Shown here piece by piece: positions 1-7,782 of a DNA stretch of 24,000 nucleotides; the stretch's first letter is position 1, and the number at the start of each line of letters is the position of its first letter. The notes below the pieces were generated by a model. It did not search any database, was not told where the DNA came from, and worked only from the letters and a program-made list of their open reading frames with translations. Source of the DNA: an uncultured beta proteobacterium (lineage in GTDB: Bacteria > Pseudomonadota > Gammaproteobacteria > Burkholderiales > Casimicrobiaceae); assembly GCA_963777455.1 (NCBI GenBank), contig CAVZQQ010000004.1, positions 476,880-500,879 of the forward strand, read 5' to 3'. The translations under genes were made by a program, and so were the position numbers.

Positions 1-868
1 GCCCAACGTTGCCCCTGCCGATGACCAATATTCTGAGCGGCGGCCTGCACGCTGGTCGTGGCATGGACGTGCAGGACTTCCTCGCCATCCCCCTGCGCGC
101 CGATTCGTTGCACGAAGCGATCCACCTAATTGCTCGTGTGCGATCGGCCGCTACCGAGGTGGCACGCGAGCGGGGATTGCCAACCCTTCTCGCCGACGAG
201 GGCGGCCTGGGTCCGGGTCTGGCGACGAGCCGGGCCGCCCTGCAGCTGATGGTTGCCTCGATCGAGCGCGCCGGCCTGCGGCCCGGTGAGGACATGGCGC
301 TGGCAATCGACGTCGCGGCAAGCTCCTTGAAGCAGCCCGACGGCAGCTACCGACTCGCGCGTGAGGGTCGCGACTGTGCCCGGATGCAGATGATCGCAAT
401 GCTGGAGGATTGGCTGCGCGAATTTCCGATCCTCTCGATCGAAGATGGACTCGACGAGGAAGACTGGGACGGCTGGAAGGTGCTCAGCGCACGCCTGGCG
501 GAACAAGTTGCAGCTGGTGGGCGACGACCTGTTCGCGACCAACTCGCGAGCGCCTTGGCCGCGGCATTCGCGAAGGCATCGCCAATGCCGTGCTGATCAA
601 GGCCAACCAGAACGGTACGCTCAGCGGGACCCTAGAGGTCATCGCGCAGGCCAAGGCGGCGGGCTACGCGACCATCATCTCGGCGCGATCGGGCGAAACC
701 GAGGATACCTTCATCGCTGACCTTGCGGTTGGCGCGACCGCGGGCCAGATCAAGATCGGTTCGCTGCGCACGCAGGGCACGGTTGCCAAGTACAACCAGT
801 TGCTGCGTATCGAGGAGCAGTGCGACGCGGTCTTCGCCGGCGTCGGCGCGCTCCGCGGCCGGCGGTGA
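1..868 (+). pseudogene. Enolase-family (phosphopyruvate hydratase-like) paralog. The 5' end lies outside the window and the frame as written is broken twice (~504 and ~550).
   Basis: Three ORF-track pieces (9-596, 445-720, 410-868, one per forward frame) join into one enolase-like sequence. Motifs seen: [127 protein letters not shown]. Frame switches were located by hand at gaa-c-aag (~504) and cga-g-cgc (~550). Stop TGA at 866-868. Confidence 0.8.
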
Positions 869-1930
869 GCGGATGGATCCCCACGCTTCGGGCTTGGACG
901 CATGCCTGCAGTGCTCACGGCCTAGCCGGAGCGAACGAAGTGGCGCGCTGGTCCCCACTGGTCGGCGGCGTGTCGTCGGAAATTTGGCGCGTCGACTTGC
1001 CCGGCCGCAGCCTATGCGTCAAGCGTGCACTGCCCAGGCTCAAGGTCGGGGTCGATTGGGAAGCACCGGTCTCGCGCAATGCTTACGAATGGGCTTGGCT
1101 GCGCTTCGCTGCCGAGCACCAGCCGCAGGCTGTCCCACGGCCGCTTGCGCACGATGCCGCCGCCGGCCTGTTCGTGATGAGCCTTCTTCCGCCCGAGACG
1201 CACCCGGTATGGAAGCAGCAGCTGCTCGAGGGCGTGGTCGAGCCCGGCGTCGCGGCACAGGTCGAGCAGAGTGCTGGCGCGGCTGCATGAGGCGAGCGCG
1301 CACCGGGACGACCTGGCGCAGACCTTCGACACGCTCCCCAACTTCCATGCGCTGCGCCTCGACCCCTACCTGCTCGCAACGGCGGGTCGGCACCCGGATA
1401 TCGCCAACCGCCTGCAGGCTCTGGTGCTGCGCACTGGCGGCACACGCCTGGCGCTGGTACACGGGGACGTGAGCCCGAAGAACATCCTCGTCGGCCCTAA
1501 AGGCCCAGTGCTCCTCGATGCCGAGTGTGCCTGGTACGGCGACCCGGCCTTCGACGTGGCCTTTTGCCTGAACCACCTCCTGCTGAAATGCCTCGTGCAG
1601 CCGGGATGCGCCGGGAATCTGCTTGAGGCCTTCGCGACCTTTGTGGCAACCTATTTCGACACGGCACGCTTCGAGTCGCGCAATACACTCGAGGCGCGAG
1701 CGGCCTCCCTCCTGCCCGCGCTGCTATTGGCCCGCGTCGACGGCAAGTCGCCGGTCGAATACCTCGTTGGACACCCACTGCAACAGGGGCTGGTACGACA
1801 GGTCGCGCGACCGTTGATCGCCAACGCGCCAGCGCGGCTCGCGACGGTCGCCGAATCCTGGCGGATTGCGATCCTGCGCGAGTACGATCCGGCGGTTGCA
1901 CCAGCCGCCGGAAGGCCGCGCCTCCTTTAG
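865..1930 (+). pseudogene. MtnK/APH-family small-molecule kinase (phosphotransferase). One frame break at ~1262-1271; the start codon is uncertain.
   Basis: ORFs 820-1290 and 1271-1930 join into one kinase-like protein. Motifs: GGVSSEIWRV..LCVKRALPRLKV, the catalytic loop LVHGDVSPKNILV (HGDxxxxN), and LLDAECAWYGDPAFDVAF, which resembles the DxEFAxYGxxxFD block of methylthioribose kinase. GTG 865 overlaps the upstream TGA. An ATG at 873 lies in a different frame, so a further break near ~905 cannot be excluded. Stop TAG at 1928-1930. Confidence 0.7.
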
Positions 1931-1969
1931 GGTCGGCGGCCCGCGTGCCGATCGGGCCGGCAGCCAGGT

Positions 1970-1989
1970 CGGCACCAATCCTGGTGCCG
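1970..1989. terminator. Short GC-rich hairpin between convergent genes (possible bidirectional terminator, no U-tract).
   Basis: CGGCACC-aatcct-GGTGCCG: 7-bp stem and 6-nt loop, lying between the kinase stop (1930) and the AKR stop (1997). Confidence 0.3.
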
Positions 1990-1996
1990 AGCCGCG

Positions 1997-2896
1997 CTAC
2001 AGCGTGTTGACGAACGCCACCATGCGCTTGCGCTGGTCCGGATCGGGCAGGCGGCCGCGCATGGCCCCCAGATTGTCGGCCATGTGCACCGGGTTCGAGG
2101 TGCCGGGAATGACGGCCGTGACTCGCTCGTCGGCAAGCAGGTACTTGAGGAAGAACTGCGCCCACGTGCCGGCGAAGTCCCGGGCCCAATCCGGAATGGG
2201 CTTTTCGCCCACCGCGCGAAACAGGCGGCCACGCCCAAAGGGCAGCGCCGTCAGGACGCCGGCCTTGACGGAGGCCGCCAGCGCCAGGATGCGTTCCTCC
2301 GCCAGGCGGTCGTCGAGGGAATAGTCTACCTGCACGAAATCCGGCTTCTCGTGTTCGAGCACCCCTTCGATGGCGGCAAAATCACGATGGGAAGTGGAGG
2401 TGATGCCGATGTAGCGGCAAAGACCTTGCGCCTTCCAGTCTCTGAATCGCGCCAATGATTGCCGCGGGTCACGGACATTGTGCAGCTGCAACAGGTCGAC
2501 TTTCGCTGTCTTGAGCCGCGCCAGCGAGCGTTTGAATTCGGCAACGTCGGGTTCCTCGACCTTCGTGGCGACGAAGATCTTGTCCCGCAAACCTGCCGCC
2601 GCAATCACGTTGCCGAGCACGGTTTCGGCATCGCCGTAGGACGAGGCCGTGTCGATGAGTCGTCCGCCGGCATCGACCAGCACGCGGATGACCTGCGCCG
2701 CGGCGCGCCGCGTTCGCTCATCATCGCTGTCGAACACACTGGCAGTGCCCAGGCCAACCACCGGCAGGCGCTCGCCCGTGCTTGGGATCGCGCGGGTAAC
2801 GAGCGGCCCCTCGTTGCTCTGCGCGAATGCGGGCCGCGCCAGCAACGCCGAGGCCGCGAGCAAAGTAAAGTCGCGACGGGTCATGCGGTTCATCAT
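1997..2896 (-). CDS. Aldo/keto reductase with an N-terminal twin-arginine (Tat) signal peptide.
   Basis: The translation starts MMNRMTRRDFTLLAASALLARPAFAQ (TRRDFTL twin-arginine motif, hydrophobic core, AxA-type end). The AKR-like body follows: LPVVGLGT, IDTASSYGDAE, DKIFVATKV, VDLLQLHN, GITS. I chose ATG 2896 rather than the ORF-track start at 3004 for two reasons: GGAG lies upstream, and the ATG overlaps the upstream gene's TGA (TGATG). Confidence 0.85.
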   Translation of the reverse strand: MMNRMTRRDFTLLAASALLARPAFAQSNEGPLVTRAIPSTGERLPVVGLGTASVFDSDDERTRRAAAQVIRVLVDAGGRLIDTASSYGDAETVLGNVIAAAGLRDKIFVATKVEEPDVAEFKRSLARLKTAKVDLLQLHNVRDPRQSLARFRDWKAQGLCRYIGITSTSHRDFAAIEGVLEHEKPDFVQVDYSLDDRLAEERILALAASVKAGVLTALPFGRGRLFRAVGEKPIPDWARDFAGTWAQFFLKYLLADERVTAVIPGTSNPVHMADNLGAMRGRLPDPDQRKRMVAFVNTL

Positions 2897-4152
2897 CAAT
2901 CTCCCTGCGCGGCCGCGGCCGCTGCCTGGACCGCGCGGCGCTCCTGAGCCCGACCTAGAGCCGTCGACAGGAGGAGCCATCCTCCCACCACCGGCAACGC
3001 GCATAGCGCAATCGCACCGAGCTTGAGGCCGAGCGCTTGTAGGCTGTCGAACACCCAGGCGTAAAACGCGTCGGAGCCGCGATAGATCACTACGTCGATC
3101 AGGTTCTTCGCCTTGTACTTCTCCTCGCGTCGGACGACGGTGAAGAACACCTGCCGCGCTGGATTAGCGATAGCGAAGTTCATCCAGCGCTGCGCCACTT
3201 GGACCACTAGGACTACGCTGAGGGTCGGCGAGAGAGCCAGGGCCGCGAAGCCGGCGATGTACACCGCCGGCAGCGCACCGGCTGTTACGCCCGTGCCAAA
3301 ACGCTTGAGCAACCGCCCTGTGGCGAACACTTGCGTGGCCAAAGTCAGCAATCCGACCCACAGGTCGATGCTAGCGAAAATGCGCGTCTGCTCGCCGGCG
3401 CCATGGACGGTTGCGGATACGATATTGGCCTGCGCGAGATAGAGAATAGTCGCGCCGAACGACAGCAGGCTTACCCATGCGCCCACGCCCAGCAGGTAGG
3501 GGGAGCGGAACAGTTCAGGTAGCGCCGCAAAAGCGCTACCCCCGATGCGGCGTTGCTCTGGGCGTGCGCCTTGCCACGCACTGCTGCTGTGCTCGAGGCG
3601 GTAGACACAGAACACGGCCAATTCGAGCAACACGACGGCGGCGATCAACAGGTTGGTCGGGCCGAGCGGTACCGAAAGACCGATGGTAATGATCGGGCCG
3701 AGCAGTCCGCCTGCCGTGCCGCCGGCACCAATGAAGCCGAACAGGCGCTTGCCCTGTTCGCTGGTAAAGATGTCGGCCATGAACGACCAGAACACCGCGA
3801 CGGCAAAGAGATTGAACACGCTGACCCAGACGAAGAAGACACGCGCCACGATCACTGTCGCAATGTCGAGGGTCAGCAACAACCAGAACAGCGCGAGATT
3901 CGCGACGAAAAAATGCAGGACCACAGGGATGAACCGGGCGCGTGGCAACCGCGCCACGAGCGCACCGTAGAATGGTTGTGCCAGGAGCAGTGTCACGAAC
4001 GTCGCGGTGAATAGCCATGGCAGGGCCTTGATGCCACCGGCGATGCCCATCTGGTCACGTAGCGGCCGTAGCACGTAGTAGCCCGCCAGGAGCGTAAAAA
4101 AATAGGCGAACGACCACAGCGCTGCCGCGCGCTCCTCGGGCGTGGCCGGCAC
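2896..4152 (-). CDS. Polytopic inner-membrane transporter, MFS-like, related to the ATP/ADP-translocase (TLC/Npt, AAA) family.
   Basis: 418 aa and highly hydrophobic with many predicted TM segments. N-terminal FAYFFTLLAGYYVLRPLRDQMGI matches the TLC-family pattern F..F..L..Y..LR..KD. VFFVWVSVFNLFAVAVFWSFMADIFTSEQGKRLFGFIGAGGTAGG matches the TLC pattern FY...ELW.....LFW.FAN.I...EAKRFY. GTG start at 4152. The family assignment is from remembered motifs, not a search. Confidence 0.6.
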   Translation of the reverse strand: MPATPEERAAALWSFAYFFTLLAGYYVLRPLRDQMGIAGGIKALPWLFTATFVTLLLAQPFYGALVARLPRARFIPVVLHFFVANLALFWLLLTLDIATVIVARVFFVWVSVFNLFAVAVFWSFMADIFTSEQGKRLFGFIGAGGTAGGLLGPIITIGLSVPLGPTNLLIAAVVLLELAVFCVYRLEHSSSAWQGARPEQRRIGGSAFAALPELFRSPYLLGVGAWVSLLSFGATILYLAQANIVSATVHGAGEQTRIFASIDLWVGLLTLATQVFATGRLLKRFGTGVTAGALPAVYIAGFAALALSPTLSVVLVVQVAQRWMNFAIANPARQVFFTVVRREEKYKAKNLIDVVIYRGSDAFYAWVFDSLQALGLKLGAIALCALPVVGGWLLLSTALGRAQERRAVQAAAAAAQGD

Positions 4153-4182
4153 CGCCCGCCCAAGCCAGCGCCGGAGCGACGG

Positions 4183-4930
4183 TCACGGTGCCAACGACAG
4201 CTTCTGCTTGAGTTCGGCGGCGGTGACCGCTTGGCCGTAGCCGGGCGCACCGCGCTGGAACCGGCGCGCATCGACGAGTTTGCCGACGACAACTGGCTCG
4301 AAGCCGGCATCGCGCACCAGTCCCGCCGCCACCAGCACGGCTTCGGGATCGTCGCCGGCGATCGGGATGGCGAGCTTCGGATCGGGCCGGTTCGCCTCGC
4401 GTGCGAAGATCATGTAGGAGAGCGTGTTGAATGCGCGCACCACGCGCGTGCCGGGCAGATATTTCTGCGACGCCACGCCGACGCCGTCGCGTTCCACCTC
4501 GTCGGCGATGGCGCCGTCACGCGCGGCGACGGCGTTGTCGGCGTCAAGCACGATCTTGCCCTTGAGCGCGGCCGGCGTAGTCCTGCCCAAGCCGCGGCAA
4601 CGCGCCATAGGGCACGGCGATAAAGAGCACATCGCTGAAGGCGATAGCCTGCGCCACCGTACCGGCGCGGGCAAGGGGACCGAGTCCGGCAACCAGATCC
4701 TTGAGTTCCTCGGGATGGCGCGAAGAGAACAGGACTGGGTGGCCGGCCTTGACCCACAAACCGCCGATCGTCCCGCCGATATGACCGGAGCCGATGACGC
4801 CAACGGGTAGCTTGGCGCCGCCGGTTGTCTGTGCGCGAGCCGGCGATAGGTTCAGCGCCCCGGCAAGGGCCAAGCCGCCGCTTGCGGCTAACAATCGACG
4901 ACGGTTACGGGCCACGGGCTGCTTGGGCAT
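4183..4930 (-). pseudogene. COG2085 / F420-dependent NADP oxidoreductase-like Rossmann protein with a Tat-like signal peptide; single frame break at ~4575.
   Basis: ORF 4544-4930 reads MPKQPVARNRRRLLAASGGLALAGALNLSPARAQ, then the dinucleotide-binding VGVIGSGHIGGTIG. The C-terminal two thirds continue in ORF 4183-4803 (ALKGKIVLDADNA..RVVRAFNT..IPIAGDDPEA..AGFEPVVVGKL). The junction was traced by hand at GQDY / PAALKGK (~4574-4580). GAGGAG lies 6 nt upstream of ATG 4930. Confidence 0.65.
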
Positions 4931-5114
4931 CGAAAGCTCCTCGAAATCGGGCTGTTGAGTTACGCCGTCCGGCAGGGTCGCAACGACGGGCCGACCGGCG
5001 CGATCAGAGTTGACGCACGCGGCAACGATCGACGATTAGCATAAGGCGTTTCTGTTGCAGTGAAAAGCCAGTGTACCCGCAGCCGCTCGGCGCCGTCAGG
5101 GTCACGCGGTGAAG

Positions 5115-5918
5115 CTACGCTTGGACCCGTTTCCCCAAGGACCTCATCAGCTGTTTGGTGCCTGTAACATCGGCGTAGATGGCAGGAACATTGTAGCCTC
5201 CCCGGTCCGAGCCCGCGGCATCGCGGACGCAGGCTGTAGGCCGGCAGGTACCGATCGAGCAACTCACGCATCGTGACCGGAATGCCGCTTGCGACGTGGC
5301 AAACTCGCCCACCCTCTGCACCCCTGGCGATGGCGGGAATCTGCTTGGCCACCTCATCCGTGGACACATAATCTCTGATGGCGGAAAGGGGGCCAAGTTC
5401 AATCGCCGACCTCCTGCCGGCCAGCACTTTTTCGATCTGCCGCCTCAGCCGCCCGACGAAAAGCCGCTCCGATAAGCCGGGGCCGTCCAGATTGAAGATC
5501 CGTGCCACGACGGCATCCACGCCGCGACTCGCGTAGAGGCCGGTAGGCTGAGTCTGCCACGCCTTGGGTAGTCCGTAAGTGGATACCGGGTTCAAGATCC
5601 AGTCCTCCCGTACGGGGTTACCCTCTGGCCGCACGCCGCCGTACTCGACCGCGGATCCGGCCAGGAAGACCCGGATCGCCAACTCCTCGGCGGTGTCCAA
5701 GAGGTGGCGTGCGGCTTCCACATTGAAACTGCCTCGTCGGCGCCGGCTCAGGAGTTCGCGGTACTATTCCCGACAACTCCCTCGTCGTCGGCAATCCGGC
5801 AAAGGTTGTAGGCAAGACCTCCCCCATGCTGGCCAAGTTGTCGAGGAGCCCGCACCGGCTGGACGCGTACAACGCCACCTCGGCAGAGCGACGAAGGAGA
5901 ATTGAAGAGCACTTTCAT
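5115..5918 (-). pseudogene. NAD-dependent epimerase/dehydratase (extended SDR) relic with multiple frame breaks.
   Basis: ORF 4960-5721 carries the SDR middle part: NVEAARHLLDTAEE..RVFLAGSAVEYG..PVSTYGLPK..ARIFNLDGPG..AIRDYVSTDEVA..CHVASG. The C-terminus continues in another frame (ORF 5115-5402: VPAIYADVTGTKQLMRSLG, stop at 5115) after a break at ~5225-5240. Upstream of 5721 the frame has a stop at 5764. An SDR-like MKVLF start exists at ATG 5918, but I could not recover a GxxGxxG motif in any frame, so the 5' boundary is soft. Confidence 0.55.
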
Positions 5919-6017
5919 ATCAGGTAAGCAACGTCGGCGGACGCGTTACCGTTGCTCGGCGACACGCGTCTCGCGCGCCGTTAGTCGCGCCGTATTCCGC
6001 TTCTTCTTGGAGAATGC

Positions 6018-6950
6018 ATGAAGCACCGATTCGCGATTTTTGTTTTGCTATTGCCGTGTGTACCTATCGGGACCGCGTGCGCCGGTTTCGATGAAGGTCG
6101 GAACGCACTCGAAAACGGCGATTACGTCACGGCGTTGACTGAATTACGGCCGCTCGCCGATCAAGGCCTCGCGACCGCACAAGTTCTGCTGGGCGAGATG
6201 TACTTCACCGGCCGAGGATTGCAGCGGGACGATGTGCAGGCGGTCGAATGGTTTCGCAAGGCTGCCGCCCAGGGCAATGCCACCGCCGAAAACGATCTTG
6301 GCAACATGTATTCGACCGGCCGCGGCGTCCCAGCGGACGACACGCAAGCGGTGGAGTGGTATCGGAAAGCGGCCGGCGAAGGTGACGCACCCGCCCAAGA
6401 CAACCTCGGCCTGAAGTATCTGCGGGGCCGCGGCGTTGCGCAGGACGATCTGCAGGCGTTCACCTGGTTTAGTAAAGCGGCTGATAACGGCGATGCCGAT
6501 GCGCAAACCAACCTCGGCTACATGTACGCCAACGGCCTCGGAGTGCCGCACGACGATAAGCAGGCGATGGAGTGGTATCGCAAGGCGGCCGCGCAGGGTT
6601 ACGCTCCCGCTCAACTCAACGTCGGCCTGATATACAGCGGTCGCGACACGGCGCAGGACGACAAGCAAGCAGTGGATTGGTATCGCCAGGCGGCCGAGCA
6701 AGGGCTTCCCGATGCGCAATACAACCTGGGCCTGATGTACCAGGTCGGCCGGGGCGTGCCACGAGACGAAGTGCTTGCCTACCTGATGTTCAGCTTGGCG
6801 GCCATTTCGGGAAACAGGGACGCCGCGCGCAATCGCCTCAGCCTGGTCCAGGGCTTTTCCATAAAGCAGATCGACAAATTGGACGAACTTGCGAAGATGT
6901 GGAGGCCAGGTAAACCACTTCCTACGGACGGCGCGATCCTGATCCGGTGA
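6018..6950 (+). CDS. Secreted Sel1-like repeat (SLR/TPR-type) protein.
   Basis: Signal peptide MKHRFAIFVLLLPCVPIGTACAG, followed by six to seven 36-aa Sel1 repeats of the form QAVEWYRKAAxQGxAxAQxNLGxMYxxGxGVxxDxx. GGAGA precedes the ATG. Confidence 0.9.
   Translation: MKHRFAIFVLLLPCVPIGTACAGFDEGRNALENGDYVTALTELRPLADQGLATAQVLLGEMYFTGRGLQRDDVQAVEWFRKAAAQGNATAENDLGNMYSTGRGVPADDTQAVEWYRKAAGEGDAPAQDNLGLKYLRGRGVAQDDLQAFTWFSKAADNGDADAQTNLGYMYANGLGVPHDDKQAMEWYRKAAAQGYAPAQLNVGLIYSGRDTAQDDKQAVDWYRQAAEQGLPDAQYNLGLMYQVGRGVPRDEVLAYLMFSLAAISGNRDAARNRLSLVQGFSIKQIDKLDELAKMWRPGKPLPTDGAILIR
6237..6773 (+). repeat. Five tandem ~108-bp coding repeats (one is 105 bp) encoding the Sel1 units.
   Basis: Units start at cag/caa-gcg/gca-gtc/gtg-gaa/gag-tgg (QAVEW / QAFTW / QAMEW / QAVDW) at 6237, 6345, 6453, 6561 and 6666. 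The DNA similarity between units is visible by eye. Confidence 0.85.
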
Positions 6951-7127
6951 GAAGGTTCCGTTCGCGCCGCTGAGGAGATCAAAAGACGCCTTTTGACTTT
7001 GCTCGTCACTTGCTAGTGCCGTTGACACTGAGGGCTGTGTCGCTTGCGTTCATCGCGCTCGGATTGTACGCGCTAATAAGAAGCAGGCCCTTCGTCATGC
7101 ACGCACGATGGCTAGATGCGTGGCTAC

Positions 7128-7343
7128 ATGGTTCTTGGAACGACGCAGGGCTCCTTTCATGAGGCCCTCTTGGCAGCGCTATCGGATCCCAATCTCAAGT
7201 TTGAAGAGGCGTTCTCCTCAATCCGGCTTCCATCCGTTCCTGCAGACCTTCGGGTCGCGGTGCATGGGAGGATCGACACGGGACAATTGTGGCTTCGGGA
7301 TAGGGGCCGACCAGGTTGCTTGCCGACATTGCAAGAGCCATGA
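7128..7343 (+). CDS. Hypothetical small soluble protein (weak call).
   Basis: This is the only protein-like translation in an otherwise stop-rich segment (MVLGTTQGSFHEALLAALSDPNLKFEEAFSSIRLPSVPADLRVAVHGRIDTGQLWLRD). Its TGA overlaps the ATG of the next mini-ORF (ATGA at 7340-7343). It has no convincing RBS, and I recognise no family. Confidence 0.2.
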   Translation: MVLGTTQGSFHEALLAALSDPNLKFEEAFSSIRLPSVPADLRVAVHGRIDTGQLWLRDRGRPGCLPTLQEP

Positions 7344-7480
7344 ACGCTTATTTCAACTCGGCGGAGGTCAAGACAAACATGACATCCGCCGTTGCCTACC
7401 TAATTCTTGGCGTGCTAATGAGTGCCTCAGTGATGACGCTCACGATCGCCACGGCGCATTCCTCTTTTCATCCCACATGA
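7340..7480 (+). CDS. Hypothetical 46-aa single-pass membrane peptide (weak call; not in the ORF track because it is under 60 aa).
   Basis: Hand translation: MNAYFNSAEVKTNMTSAVAYLILGVLMSASVMTLTIATAHSSFHPT. It has one clear hydrophobic helix. There is an alternative internal ATG at 7379 with GGAGG 11 nt upstream. Confidence 0.2.
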   Translation: MNAYFNSAEVKTNMTSAVAYLILGVLMSASVMTLTIATAHSSFHPT

Positions 7481-7782
7481 CGTTTACACCCGGGCGTGGG
7501 TTGATAGTGAAGACGCGGACGCCCTAGTTTAGCAACGGCATGTCCATGCCGTCCGGCGCAACGACTGTCTGGCGCGTCTGAAGGGGCGGTTCAAGTGCCG
7601 GCTCGATCTTAGTTACCCACGCCGGTGTTGGGTCGCGTGGGCGACAAACCTTCTCGGACATTCCAAGTTATGGCGCGCGCCATGGCGGACGCCACAATCC
7701 GGCCACGATCCAACCGTCTTTTGCTCCGACTTCTCCACAGTTCTCCGCTAACCTGGCGGCACGTCACTGCGGAGACACGGCG

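Noticed and set aside
723-2189. ORFs 723-1472 (+), 1040-1576 (-) and 1497-2189 (-), of 178-249 aa.
   Set aside because: These are off-frame or antisense readings of the enolase and kinase genes. Their extreme Arg/Ala/Pro/Gly composition is characteristic of wrong-frame translation in high-GC DNA.
2897-3004. 36-codon N-terminal extension of the aldo/keto reductase ORF (ORF-track start at 3004).
   Set aside because: The extension is Gly/Arg/Pro-rich, lies inside the upstream transporter gene, and would bury the Tat signal. ATG 2896, with an upstream GGAG and a stop/start overlap, is the better start.
6144-7028. 294-aa ORF on the minus strand.
   Set aside because: It is exactly antisense to the well-supported Sel1-repeat gene. 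The translation is Arg/Val/Leu-rich, mirrors the repeat periodicity, and has no recognisable motifs. This is a typical shadow ORF in GC-rich DNA.
7534-7683. GC palindromes ACGGCATGtcCATGCCGT (7534-7551) and ATGGCGCGCGCCAT (7670-7683) as specific regulatory sites.
   Set aside because: Short GC palindromes are frequent in GC-rich DNA. They have no second copy, no positional relation to a defined promoter, and no recognisable binding-site family. They are mentioned only as part of the 6951-7782 observation.
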